Part shown: piece after piece, positions 12,753 through 25,281 of the stretch
Layout: every line of letters begins with the position of its first letter
How positions within the stretch are numbered: the first letter of the stretch is position 1
NCBI GenBank assembly: GCA_024346625.1
Contig: AP024665.1
Span: forward strand, 682,001 to 746,000
Direction: 5' to 3'
DNA length: 64,000 nt
Origin: Williopsis jadinii
Lineage: Eukaryota
The notes under the pieces: model-generated
What the model was told of the DNA's origin: nothing
The model's database searches: none
Seen by the model: only the letters and a program-made list of their open reading frames with translations
Position numbers and translations under genes: made by a program

Positions 12753-13994
12753 ATGACACACACGGACATAACAGGCTCGCTCATAAACGAGTACAGAATC
12801 GTCAAGCTCATAGGGTCTGGTGCATACGGGCTCGTGTACCAGGCACAGAACACCGTGACCGGCCAACAGGTGGCTATCAAATGTATCTCCAAGAAGAGTA
12901 ATCCAAGTGTGAAGAAACAGAGCGACTACCTCACGACGCTGTTGGCGGAACACCTCTTGGAGAGGGACTTCTCGCTACAGGGTCTTCGCGAAATGAGTCT
13001 AAAGAGACTAAGCATGGCAGACAACATACCATGTCCCTTCGTCAGAGAGATCAGTATCCACTTGCAAGTCCACCAGCACCCAAATGTCATCTCGATCCAT
13101 AAGATCTTGGACTCTCAAGTTGCGGTCTTTGTCGTGATGGATTACTACCCAGAAGGCGATCTCTTTGTCAACATTGTCGATAGACAGGTATATGCACGTT
13201 CGTCCGGGCTGATAAAGGATGTCTTCATCCAGCTTATAGACGTCATCTCGTACTGTCACTCGAAGGGAATTTACCACTGTGACATCAAGCCAGAGAATAT
13301 CATGTGTGCAAATAAGGGTTCAAAGGTTGTCATTGGAGATTTTGGGCTTGCAGTCAAGTCCAAGTACATTCAGTCAAAGACATGCATTGGTTCGAGCTAT
13401 TACATGGCCCCAGAACGTCTGTGTACTATGAACCATTCTTTGACAAGATTGGAATACCCTGCTTGCAAGGGAGATATCTGGTCTCTAGGAGTGATTCTCA
13501 TCAACTTTTGTTGCACAAGAAACCCTTGGATGAAAGCATGCGAGAAGGATGCAACATACTCAGCATTTAAGAAAGATCCAAAGATCTTAATGGAGATCTT
13601 GGACATCAGCGAGGAACTGTGGAATATACTCTGTGACTGTTTCAGAGAAGAGCCAGAGGAACGTATCTCCCTCTTCGAGTTGCGTGATCGTGTCTTGAAG
13701 TGTAGATCGTTTACAGTTGCAGGCCCATTGTCTCGTTGTGACTCATATGAACAGGATATGGATGATGCGCTTGAATGCGCTGTGCCTGCAAACGAGTCAA
13801 GCGTGGGAAGCGATGGCTCTTTGGATTTGCCAATGGATCACATTATAGAATATGCTCAATATTTGCAAACTCTGTCGTCGGTAAAGAACACCGCAACAGG
13901 GAATTACACTCAAAACCAATTTGTTCTGGATAACAATATTATGGATAACGTTTCAATCATGTCTAACAAGAGCTTCAATATGAACTTTGCATGA
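12753..13994 (+). CDS. SKS1: Ran1-family Ser/Thr kinase, Sks1/Vhs1 pro-ortholog
   Basis: Motifs GSGAYG, VAIK, HCDIKPEN, DFG, GSSYYMAPE, GDIWSLG, RNPW; lies between TRS23 and ERG10, which neighbour VHS1 and SKS1 in S. cerevisiae. Confidence 0.85.
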   Translation: MTHTDITGSLINEYRIVKLIGSGAYGLVYQAQNTVTGQQVAIKCISKKSNPSVKKQSDYLTTLLAEHLLERDFSLQGLREMSLKRLSMADNIPCPFVREISIHLQVHQHPNVISIHKILDSQVAVFVVMDYYPEGDLFVNIVDRQVYARSSGLIKDVFIQLIDVISYCHSKGIYHCDIKPENIMCANKGSKVVIGDFGLAVKSKYIQSKTCIGSSYYMAPERLCTMNHSLTRLEYPACKGDIWSLGVILINFCCTRNPWMKACEKDATYSAFKKDPKILMEILDISEELWNILCDCFREEPEERISLFELRDRVLKCRSFTVAGPLSRCDSYEQDMDDALECAVPANESSVGSDGSLDLPMDHIIEYAQYLQTLSSVKNTATGNYTQNQFVLDNNIMDNVSIMSNKSFNMNFA

Positions 13995-14170
13995 TCAATG
14001 ACAGCTTTGCAATTAATAGAGACAAACTTGAAGGATTTTTAATAAACTAATACACGAATCTAATGACCTTTTTCTAAAAGCAATTCATCTACACTTTTTA
14101 GTTAGTGAGAGATATACTTTTATTTCTAGCTGAATGACTAAGCTAAGGATCACTTCAATGTGCTTGCTTT

Positions 14171-15415
<1,245 letters not shown>

Positions 15416-15435
15416 CTAATGGGTTGTAGACTTAA

Positions 15436-15799
15436 TCGTTTAGCTATTTGGGCAACGGTTTTTTTTGCCTCGTTTCGTCTCGTTTCGCGTTGCGTGGCTC
15501 TGGACTGCTTCGAAGTCGATCGCGTGGTAAATCTGTGGGAAGAGAGAATTCGTTGGGTGGTGAATTTACCTGTCCCTTTCTATTTGACTCAACAGTTAAG
15601 GGGGAAGAACAAAGGGGAAGAAGAGAGAGAGAGAAACCCCCATTTGTGGGAAATTTGGGGGAAATATATAACCTTCTCCGCCAATTGGGTTTAACCGAGT
15701 GAAAGCTGACAAACGAACGCGGTTCATCACTTTTATTATACGAGCAGTGGGAGAAAGGATGCAATTTTAGAGGGGAAGATGCCCGAGACCCTCGTTTAG
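15436..15799. promoter_or_regulatory. Upc2/Ecm22-type sterol response elements in the ERG10 promoter
   Basis: TCGTTTAG 15436-15443 and 15792-15799; TATACGA (reverse complement of TCGTATA) 15737-15743. Confidence 0.65.
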
Positions 15800-16149
15800 T
15801 GAAAGCTTCCGGACTTTGGGTCCTGGCGAGGTCGAAAAGTCCCTAAAGTGGAGTCCCAAGTCCCGGCCTGATCACTTTAACGAAAACGGAAATATTCCGC
15901 AATTCTTTGTTTACATTTTGTGTACCGCAGATGAACTTTGTGTGGGCGGGTGAACCTTTTTTGGGTCTTGTACTGTTTGTTTTGTTATAGGTGCTCTTCC
16001 CAAGGTGTAAACTTCCCGTCTACACTACCTGGCTTCTGACATTGTCATCTTTGCCTGTATATGAGTGGCTTGGATTACGTGGTTTCTGTTGATTTGTGCT
16101 ACCTTTCTTGAAGGATCGTTGGGATTACGCTGTATATTGTCAAGCAACC

Positions 16150-16986
16150 ATGGATAAGCAACAGAATAAGTATAAGACGTTCCAGAAGCGTTCAAATCGC
16201 AACAACAATAGCAATTACCAGAAAAGCAATGGTTCCCATAAGAGCCAGTGTCATACAAACCAACAACAGCATCATCAGCAATCCCATCATAAAGCACAGA
16301 AGCATAACGCAGAGGCTGCTGCCACCATCACAATCTCATCGGTTAAAGAATTCCCAGCTTCCAAGACGTATGGATCTCTCGATTATTGCCTGCCTTCCAA
16401 AGTGGAAAAGATCACAAGCCACACAATCAACGATCTCCCAAGCTTTCCTCAGAGACCTGCTGCCAAATGGAGCGGTGTATCACCGCTGGGCTTATCCTTA
16501 CTAGATCAATACACCGGTTCTGACCCTTCAATAAGGGCCAGGGACTTGATCCATGATCCTGTGATGGAGATCGTGCTTGTAAACAGAAAGAATGCAAAGA
16601 CATTGAAACTAGGCTCTACAGATATCGACCTTTCGGGTAAACAGCCTGTTTTGACTACTAAATTGGTTAACAAGTTTATTCAAAAGGAATCGTTGTCCAA
16701 CCAGATGAATACCCCTATGAAGAGAGTCAGAGATGAGGCAGTGGATGCAAGTAGCTCTGTCAAGAAAAATAAGCGTATCGCTAGTGTAACACAGGCAGAC
16801 ACAACCATGGAGCTCAGTTTTGAAGGAAAGGCAATGGATAAGAGCGATTTGGTTAAACTAGTCGACTCCAGTGGTGTAATGCAGGATGAATCCCAAATTG
16901 CTGTGGATATGGATGCCAGCATGATCGACACGAGAAACCTTTTACAAAGTACTGAGTTCAATTTTGAGTACTATCGCAGAACATAG
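16150..16986 (+). CDS. Hypothetical protein, 278 aa, with N/Q/H-rich N-terminus
   Basis: Long ORF from ACCATGG, divergent from ERG10; no family recognised. Confidence 0.75.
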   Translation: MDKQQNKYKTFQKRSNRNNNSNYQKSNGSHKSQCHTNQQQHHQQSHHKAQKHNAEAAATITISSVKEFPASKTYGSLDYCLPSKVEKITSHTINDLPSFPQRPAAKWSGVSPLGLSLLDQYTGSDPSIRARDLIHDPVMEIVLVNRKNAKTLKLGSTDIDLSGKQPVLTTKLVNKFIQKESLSNQMNTPMKRVRDEAVDASSSVKKNKRIASVTQADTTMELSFEGKAMDKSDLVKLVDSSGVMQDESQIAVDMDASMIDTRNLLQSTEFNFEYYRRT

Positions 16987-17220
16987 AGACCAACTATATC
17001 TCTGAAGCTAGAACTTTGCTACTCAAAAAATGGTGTAAATTTCCCCTTATGATAAATACATTTCAATTCCTTTTGTTTTTTCTTCTTCTATGTACAACGC
17101 AACTAACACTTTCATCCATCATATTAGTTTGAAGCTTTACAGCATGTTCTCAGAGGGCATACTGAAAAGCTTACTTTTTCCATGACTTGTAATACTCTTC
17201 ATCACAAGAGCAAAAGACAA

Positions 17221-17475
17221 TCACTGTTGCTTCTCTACTGTGAACCCTGGATCACTCTTTCTCAACTGTCTCTCCTCAGCTTTAGACAAGGCATTCTCCA
17301 CCACTTGAACATCCACTAGTTCCTTAACCTTAAGAATCATACCAGCGCTATGTGGTCCAACCTGTTGGTATGCGACAGAACCGGTCTTCCCAAGGCCAAG
17401 CTTGGTGACCGTATCCTTGATGGTCTTTGGGAGAGCAATAGTTGAGCGCTTCAGCGTTATTCTGTAGAAGGACAT
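17221..17475 (-). CDS. MRPL33: Mitochondrial ribosomal protein uL30m
   Basis: FYRITLKRSTIALP..LGLGK..GMILKVKELV..RKSDPGF. Confidence 0.93.
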   Translation of the reverse strand: MSFYRITLKRSTIALPKTIKDTVTKLGLGKTGSVAYQQVGPHSAGMILKVKELVDVQVVENALSKAEERQLRKSDPGFTVEKQQ

Positions 17476-18618
17476 GGTGATTATAACAGTTTGGTATATT
17501 TAACACTCAAGTCTCCCACTAGACCATTGTCGGTGTCGAATTAGTTCGATGTTCTAGTTTTTTTTCAGCATTTCAGATGTTGCGCCTACCATCTAATTTC
17601 TACAGAGATGGGAATCGTTGGCACAATGAGTAGAGGTTTCAATGTTCGATAACACGATCTTTCAATCTTCCCAATATAGCTTGAGTAACCCTTGATGTGA
17701 ATGGCTAACTGAGTGTATGATAATCTTAATTATCTGCTTTTTTTTCGTACCAATCGGACCTACTAAACCTTTGTACCCTTAAGCGCAAGTGCTGTATGTC
17801 CGGGTGTTACAGAATATCTTTCATTTAAGTTAGTGATTATATCACCATAGACTGTATGCCATGTCGTCAATGAGTATAGCAAGAGTTGTATACTGAGAGT
17901 TTTATGTACCAACTTATGGTATTAGTCATATTGAAGTATTTTTAACAGCGATTTGAAACGTGAAATCATTAGCTTTAGAGATTTATTTTTGGTATTTTTG
18001 ACATGTATCACTTTCGAAGGTCTATCAACTAAATTTCTAAAAGGTAAATTGGACTCACCCTTTTTCCTTTACACTATTAAAAATATTCGCCATTTACACC
18101 GTATGTTGTCACACCGTGCTGATGTGGTTATAAGAAAGTTAAGACCATTATGAACCCGAGCTGATTATATTCTACGCAACTGTATGGATTGTAACTTGAA
18201 TAAAATAGTCTATATGAACTATCAAATCAACACAGTGACTCAGTTAAACGCAACTCATGCTGTCGAAATAACCATATTCTGAAGTCATTGTAAAACAATG
18301 GTTGGTATATAAAGATCAACACACCCCAACACGAAAGGTAGTCCTATATACACTGTAGCACGTCACAACAGGCAACCCCATACATGGCATAATTGAAATC
18401 CATCGGACCAGAGGGTGCTACTACGGGCACGGTGAAAATCCCCACCAAGAAGAGTATATAAACCTGTCACCATGGACGGACCCTGGATCAATTCGCTCAT
18501 CAGTCAACCGGCCAAAACCGATAACCTTACACAATCCAGAAATGCAAGTTAAACCTTTCCCACTCTTTAATCTTCAAACCATGTACAATAGGGGGGAAAA
18601 CGTTATGCATCATTGTTG

Positions 18619-19594
18619 GATAAGAACTTGGGGCGAGAAGCCTCCCCAAAGCACCTAAAGATCATACAATGCAAATAACATAAAAAGCGGGGCATATCCA
18701 ACGGGGGGGGGGGGGATTTCGTTCATCTCCATTGGAGATCTGGAACACTGATAAGAAACCAGATCTAATGACATCAGCACCTCCGTTGTTTTCCTTGCTC
18801 CCTCTCCAAATCTGTACCACCTCGAAGTTCCATGAGCGAAGCGATGTAGCATTCAAGGTGTATGCTTCCATATGTGAATTACCATGACGTAGAGCTATAC
18901 AGCACCCGCAACGGACTACTTTGCCTACGGCGACGATTGGATTGGCTGAAAATACCCGTACGTACCCAGCACCACCCAATTCGGCAGATGCGTACTTGCC
19001 TATCCTGGCCGCCATCTGTTGCGCTTAGAATCAGCACACGAGAGAGAGAACGGAGCGAAAGAGGCTGTTTCGGCGTGCTCCTTCGACGCTTTGGTGCACG
19101 GTATTCGAATTTCCGGTAGGGACCGTTATCACAAGCCGGTACGCACACGAAACACTCTCGGCGATGACCAGATTGGGATGACGGCGTTCGATTGGCGAGA
19201 GATTCCTCAACGCTGTCTTGCCCAGCACCGTCTGCTCCACCAGGAAACGGCCCACCACACAATGAAACCAGTACACCATTCTGACCAGGGCTCATGATTC
19301 ACCACGTAGCCCTCAACGGTATTGCCTAATGGCCCGCACTTGTGTCTGTAGTTCCGACCCATGGCCTAGATGAGGCTCCACAGTGCCACGCTGGGAGTAT
19401 CCCCGGCGAAATGAGCCTGCAACAGCTTTGGCCTCTGAAAAAAATTCCGTTCATCTGCAGCGTGCAACAGCTCACATGGGAGATATTTCCGGTGTCCCTT
19501 ACAAAGGGCAATTGGTCCAATTAAAGGCTTTCGCCGACGGACAAGTTTTCGATAAGATCAACAGGTTGAGCACAGATACGGAGGTTGTATAAAA
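18619..19594 (+). promoter_or_regulatory. GATA (nitrogen catabolite repression) sites and TATA box upstream of DUR1,2
   Basis: GATAAG at 18619, 18750 and 19551; TATAAAA at 19588-19594. Confidence 0.55.
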
Positions 19595-19705
19595 TCTGAG
19601 GATATTGCCGCCATGGAGAAGCCTTAGAAGAAAGTTGTGTTCCTTTTTTTCTTTCTTTCTCCATTGTTTCCATAAACACACACTATTCACATTATCACAG
19701 CAACA

Positions 19706-22700
19706 ATGGTTGACACCACTGGTTGGACCATTGACGAATGGGTTGATTTCCATCACAAGACGACACCAGACGTGTCACTTGAGACTTTACAGAAACTGGT
19801 GGCATCGCAGAAAATCGCACCGGAGGATCCTGCCTGGATAAGCGTGGCCTCCTCGGCGGAGATTGAACACCAATGGAAGATTCTCCAAGCGAGATCGAAC
19901 AAGAACGAGCTCAAGCTGTACGGTGTGCCTGTGGCGGTAAAGGATAACATTGACGCCAAAGGATTCGAGACCACGGCGGCTTGTCCATCGTTTGCATATA
20001 CTCCAGAGAGAGATTCCACAGTGGTGAAGAACCTGAGAGAGGAAGGTGCCATCATCATCGGTAAGACCAACTTGGACCAATTTGCTACTGGGTTGGTTGG
20101 TGTCAGATCTCCATACGGCAGAGTACCAAATCCATTTAGTGCTAAGCACGTCTCTGGTGGTTCAAGTTCAGGCTCTGGAAGCGTTGTCGCTAGGGGTATC
20201 GCCTGTCTTGCGTTGACAACAGATACCGCTGGTTCCACACGTGTACCTGCCGCATTAAACAATTTAATCTCTATCAAACCTTCGGTGGGCGTGTTTTCAT
20301 GCTCCGGTGTCGTTCCAGCTTGTAAGTCATTGGACTGTGTTGGTGTCTTCGCCTTGACATTGGGTGATGCTGAGACAGCCTTTGATGTTATGGCCAAGCC
20401 TGATACAGACAACGATGAATACTCAAGACCACTACCACCAAACCCACTCCAGAGCTTCGGATCGAAGCCAAAGATTGCAGTTCCAACACACATGCAATGG
20501 TTTGGAGAGGAGGAGAACCCAAAGCTCTACAAGAAGGCTATCGAGAACTTGGCTGCAACAGGCGCAGAGATTGTCGCATTGGACTTTACAGACTTGCTTG
20601 ATTTGGCAAAGTGTCTTTACGAAGGTGCCTGGGTTGGTGAGAGATATGCTGCCACCAAAGAGTTCCTTGATACAAACCCACCAGAAGAGACATTGGACAA
20701 GACAGTGATCGGTATCATTAAAACAGCAACAAAATTTGATGCCGCTGACACTTTCAAGTTCGAGTATAAGAGACAGGGAATCCTTCAAAAGGTTCGCAAG
20801 TTGTTGAAGGACATTGATGTTTTGGCTGTTCCAACTTGTCCTTTGAACCCAACTATGGAAGACTTGGAGAAGGAACCGGTCTTGGTTAACTCTCAACAAG
20901 GTACTTGGACAAACTTCGTCAACTTGGCTGATATGTGTGCATTAGCACTTCCAGCTGGATTCAGACCTGATGGCTTGCCAAATGGTATCACTTTGATCGG
21001 TAAAAAGTTTACTGAGTATGCATTGTTTGAATTGGGTTCTCGTTACTTGAAGAAGGCCTTCCCTTCTGAGAGAACTATGGGTGCTACTAAGAAGTTGGCT
21101 CTCCTTGGTGATGAGATCCATCCTCCAAAACCAGATTTGTCTCAGTCTATCAAGTTGGCTGTTGTCGGTGCTCATTTGAGTGGTATGGCTCTTCACTGGC
21201 AATTAGAGAAGGTCAATGCGACTTTGCTCAAGGCCACAACCACTTCTGAGGATTACAGATTGTATGCTTTGCCAAAGAATGGTCCAATTGCAAAACCAGG
21301 TCTCAGAAGAGTTTCAGAGGCTGGTTCTAAGATCATCGTTGAAGTCTACTCTGTTCCATTAGAGAGATTTGGTGAGTTCATCGCTATGGTTCCTCAACCT
21401 TTGGGAATCGGATCAGTTGAGCTCGAAGATGGTGAATGGGTGAAGTCCTTCATCTGTGAGGAATTTGGCTACACACAGAAGGGTACTAAGGATATCACGT
21501 CATTTGGTGGCTGGAGAGCCTACATCGAGTCAGCAAAGGCTACTGAAAGCAGTTCAAAGCCTTTCAAGTCCGTCCTTGTTGCTAACAGAGGTGAAATCGC
21601 TGTGAGAATCATGAGAACTTTGAAGAAGTTGGGCATTCAGTCCATTGCTATCTACTCTGAACCAGATCAATATTCTCAACACGTTTTAGATGCTGACGTT
21701 GCTATTCCTTTGAATGGTACTTCTGCTGCTGAAACATACATTAACATTGAGAAGGTTATCAAGGCTGCCAAAGATTCTAAAGCTGAAGCGATCATTCCAG
21801 GTTACGGATTCTTATCTGAAAATGCTGAGTTTGCTGACATTTGTGAGAAGGAAGGTATTGTATTTGTTGGTCCAACTGGTGATTCTATTAGAAAATTGGG
21901 ATTGAAACATTCTGCCAGAGAAATTGCTCAGAAGGCTAACGTTCCTCTTGTTCCAGGTTCCGGATTGATCTCTGATATCGACGAAGCCATTGCCTTTGCC
22001 TCCAAGCTTGGATTGTCCAACGACCCAGAAACTTCTGTCAAGGTTATGCTGAAGTCTACTGCCGGTGGTGGTGGTATTGGTCTTCAGAAGGTTGACTTGC
22101 TCGATGACTTACCAAAGGCCTTTGAAACTGTCAAGCACCAGGGTCAAGCTTACTTTGGTGATGCCGGTGTCTTCTTGGAGAGATTTGTCGAGGATGCTAG
22201 ACACGTTGAAGTTCAAATGTTTGGTGATGGTTTTGGTAATGCCATTGCTGTTGGTGAACGTGACTGTTCTTTGCAACGTCGTAACCAGAAGATCATTGAA
22301 GAGACTCCTGCTCCTAACTTACCAGAATCGACGAGACAGGCTATGAGAAAGGCTGCCGAGCAATTGGGTGGATCCATGAACTACAAGTGTGCTGGTACCG
22401 TGGAGTTCATCTACGAAGAGAAGAGAGACGAATTCTTCTTCCTGGAAGTCAACGCTCGTCTGCAGGTTGAACATCCTATCACTGAAGCGGTCACTGGTCT
22501 CGATTTGGTTGAGTGGATGTTGAAGATTGCTGCTAACCAGGCACCAGACTTCAAGTCTCAAACCATCGAAGTCACTGGTGCATCCATGGAAGCCAGACTT
22601 TACGCGGAGAATCCTGTCAAAGGCTTCAAGCCATCTCCAGGTCAATTGACTGATGTTACTTTCCCAGAGTGGGCTAGAGTGGACACATGGGTTGAAAAGG

Positions 22701-25198
22701 GTACTGTTGTCTCTGCCGAGTATGATCCAACTTTGGCCAAGATCATCGTTCATGGAAAGGATCGTGCAGAAGCATTGAAGCTGCTTCAAAAGGCGTTGGA
22801 TGAAACTGTTGTCTATGGTGTCATCACCAATTTGGATTACCTGAGATCTGTTGCAAACTCTGAGATGTTTGAAGCTGCTAAGATGCACACCAAGATTTTG
22901 GATTCTTACGATTACCAAGCCAATGCTTTTGAAATCTTGACTCCAGGTGCTTACACTACTGTGCAAGATTACCCAGGCAGAACCGGTTATTGGAGAATCG
23001 GTGTTCCTCCTTCTGGACCAATGGATTCGTTGTCTTTCAGATTGGCCAACAGAATTGTTGGTAACGCTAACACTGCGCCTGCTATTGAAGTGACTTTGAA
23101 TGGCCCATCAATGTTGTTCCATGCTGACGCTGTAGTTGCTGTCACTGGTGGTGAAGTCGAAGTCAAGGTGAATGATACAGTTGTAAACCAATGGGAGCCA
23201 GTTGTGGTCAAGAGAGGCGAGAAGTTGTCCATTGGTAAGTTGACCAAGGGTTGCAGAGCTTATCTTGCTATCAGAGGTGGTGTGGACGTTTCTGAATATC
23301 TAGGCTCCAGATCCACCTTTGCACTCGGTAATATGGGTGGTTACAATGGTAGGGTTTTGAAGGTTGGTGATGTCCTCTTCTTGGGTCAAACATACCTACC
23401 ATCCAACACCTTACCAGCACCTATTTCTGAACCAACTGCTTTGCCAAAGGACTTGATTCCAACTCTTGAGAGTAAGGAATGGACTGTTGGTGTCACTTGT
23501 GGTCCTCATGGTTCTCCAGACTTCTTTAAGCAAGAAGCTGTTGAGGAGTTCTTCTCCGCCAAATGGAAGGTTCATTACAACTCCAACAGATTCGGTGTAA
23601 GATTGATTGGTCCAAAACCAAAGTGGGCCAGATTGGATGGTGGTGAAGCTGGTCTGCATCCTTCTAACCAGCACGATTATGTCTATTCTCTTGGTGCTAT
23701 CAACTTCACTGGTGATGAGCCTGTCATTTTGACATGTGATGGGCCTTCTCTTGGTGGTTTCGTTTGTGAGGCTGTTGTTGCTGATGCTGAAATGTGGAAG
23801 ATTGGTCAAGTCAAGCCAGGTGATCTCATCCAGTTTGTTCCAATCTCATACCAAACAGCTAGAGATTTGAAGATTAAACAAGACTCTACAATTGAGACCT
23901 TCAAGGGTAGATATCCAACAGCTGTTTCTGCTGAGTTGATTTTGGCCAAGCCAGAGAACCCAGTTTTAGCTACAGTGAAACCACACGAGCAATCCCCTGT
24001 TGTTACTTATAGACAAGCTGGTGACCGTTATATTCTTGTTGAGTATGGTGAATTGAAGATGGACTTGAACTACTCCTACAGAATTAATCGCTTGACCAAC
24101 TTGGTTGAGAACCACCAGACTGTTGGAATTGTTGAAATGTCTCAAGGTGTCAGATCTGTTTTGATCGAGTTTGATGGTTATAAGATCTCCCAGAAAGATC
24201 TCTTGGAAACATTGATTGCATATGAGCGTGAGATCCTCTTTGAAAACAAATGGAAAGTCAAGTCTAAAATCTTTAAGCTGCCAATGGCATTTGAAGACAA
24301 GAAGACTCTTGCTTGTGTTACTCGTTACCAAGAGACCATTCGTTCTGAGGCTCCATGGTTGCCAAACAACGTTGATTTCATTGCTAACGTCAATGATATC
24401 ACCCGTGAGGATGTTAGAGACATGTTGTACAGTGCCAAATATCTTGTGTTGGGTCTTGGTGATGTCTTTTTGGGTGCACCATGTGCCGTTCCATTAGATC
24501 CACGTCATAGATTAATGGGTACCAAGTACAATCCATCAAGAACATACACTGCCAATGGTGTTGTCGGTATTGGTGGTATGTACATGTGTATCTATGCCAT
24601 GGACTCTCCAGGTGGTTATCAATTGGTTGGTCGTACCATTCCAATTTGGGATAAGCTGAAACTGGGCGCTCACTCCACTGAACATCCATGGTTGTTGACT
24701 CCATTCGACCAAGTTGAATTCTATCCCGTTTCAGAGGAGGAACTTGACAAGTTCACTGAAGATGCTAACCACGGTCAATTCAAGGTTGAAATTCAAGAGT
24801 CCGTCTTTGACCATGAAGAATACTTGAGATGGATCCAAAAGAACGCCGAATCCATTAAGGAGTTTGAGTCCAAGCAAAACGGCGAGAAGGCTGCCGAGTT
24901 TGCCCAGTTGATCCAAGTTGCCAATGCTGACTTGGAAAAGTCTGGTGGTGTTAAAGCTGTGGAAGAGGAGAAATTCCCAGAAGACGCTGAGCTTGTTTAT
25001 TCCGAGAACAGTGGTAGATTCTGGAAGCCATTGGCTAAAGCTGGTGACGAAGTTGAAGCTGGACAAGGTTTGATTGTCATTGAAGCCATGAAGACCGAGA
25101 TGACTGTTTCAGCTCCAAAGAAGGGTAAAGTTTTGAAAATTGTACACCAAAATGGTGATATGGTTGATGCTGGTGATCTTGTTGCTGTGATCCAATGA
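19706..25198 (+). CDS. DUR1,2: Urea amidolyase (allophanate hydrolase fused to urea carboxylase), 1830 aa
   Basis: Amidase signature (KDNID, GGSSSGS, TDTAGS), biotin carboxylase (ANRGEIA, RDCSLQRRNQK, EVNARLQVEH), carboxyltransferase region and biotinyl EAMK motif. Confidence 0.98.
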   Translation: MVDTTGWTIDEWVDFHHKTTPDVSLETLQKLVASQKIAPEDPAWISVASSAEIEHQWKILQARSNKNELKLYGVPVAVKDNIDAKGFETTAACPSFAYTPERDSTVVKNLREEGAIIIGKTNLDQFATGLVGVRSPYGRVPNPFSAKHVSGGSSSGSGSVVARGIACLALTTDTAGSTRVPAALNNLISIKPSVGVFSCSGVVPACKSLDCVGVFALTLGDAETAFDVMAKPDTDNDEYSRPLPPNPLQSFGSKPKIAVPTHMQWFGEEENPKLYKKAIENLAATGAEIVALDFTDLLDLAKCLYEGAWVGERYAATKEFLDTNPPEETLDKTVIGIIKTATKFDAADTFKFEYKRQGILQKVRKLLKDIDVLAVPTCPLNPTMEDLEKEPVLVNSQQGTWTNFVNLADMCALALPAGFRPDGLPNGITLIGKKFTEYALFELGSRYLKKAFPSERTMGATKKLALLGDEIHPPKPDLSQSIKLAVVGAHLSGMALHWQLEKVNATLLKATTTSEDYRLYALPKNGPIAKPGLRRVSEAGSKIIVEVYSVPLERFGEFIAMVPQPLGIGSVELEDGEWVKSFICEEFGYTQKGTKDITSFGGWRAYIESAKATESSSKPFKSVLVANRGEIAVRIMRTLKKLGIQSIAIYSEPDQYSQHVLDADVAIPLNGTSAAETYINIEKVIKAAKDSKAEAIIPGYGFLSENAEFADICEKEGIVFVGPTGDSIRKLGLKHSAREIAQKANVPLVPGSGLISDIDEAIAFASKLGLSNDPETSVKVMLKSTAGGGGIGLQKVDLLDDLPKAFETVKHQGQAYFGDAGVFLERFVEDARHVEVQMFGDGFGNAIAVGERDCSLQRRNQKIIEETPAPNLPESTRQAMRKAAEQLGGSMNYKCAGTVEFIYEEKRDEFFFLEVNARLQVEHPITEAVTGLDLVEWMLKIAANQAPDFKSQTIEVTGASMEARLYAENPVKGFKPSPGQLTDVTFPEWARVDTWVEKGTVVSAEYDPTLAKIIVHGKDRAEALKLLQKALDETVVYGVITNLDYLRSVANSEMFEAAKMHTKILDSYDYQANAFEILTPGAYTTVQDYPGRTGYWRIGVPPSGPMDSLSFRLANRIVGNANTAPAIEVTLNGPSMLFHADAVVAVTGGEVEVKVNDTVVNQWEPVVVKRGEKLSIGKLTKGCRAYLAIRGGVDVSEYLGSRSTFALGNMGGYNGRVLKVGDVLFLGQTYLPSNTLPAPISEPTALPKDLIPTLESKEWTVGVTCGPHGSPDFFKQEAVEEFFSAKWKVHYNSNRFGVRLIGPKPKWARLDGGEAGLHPSNQHDYVYSLGAINFTGDEPVILTCDGPSLGGFVCEAVVADAEMWKIGQVKPGDLIQFVPISYQTARDLKIKQDSTIETFKGRYPTAVSAELILAKPENPVLATVKPHEQSPVVTYRQAGDRYILVEYGELKMDLNYSYRINRLTNLVENHQTVGIVEMSQGVRSVLIEFDGYKISQKDLLETLIAYEREILFENKWKVKSKIFKLPMAFEDKKTLACVTRYQETIRSEAPWLPNNVDFIANVNDITREDVRDMLYSAKYLVLGLGDVFLGAPCAVPLDPRHRLMGTKYNPSRTYTANGVVGIGGMYMCIYAMDSPGGYQLVGRTIPIWDKLKLGAHSTEHPWLLTPFDQVEFYPVSEEELDKFTEDANHGQFKVEIQESVFDHEEYLRWIQKNAESIKEFESKQNGEKAAEFAQLIQVANADLEKSGGVKAVEEEKFPEDAELVYSENSGRFWKPLAKAGDEVEAGQGLIVIEAMKTEMTVSAPKKGKVLKIVHQNGDMVDAGDLVAVIQ

Positions 25199-25281
25199 AT
25201 TTACCATAACGCTTTGTATATTACGATGAAATGAAGTTTAAAAATTGTTACAATCTATTCATTTGTAGGATGGTCTAAGTT

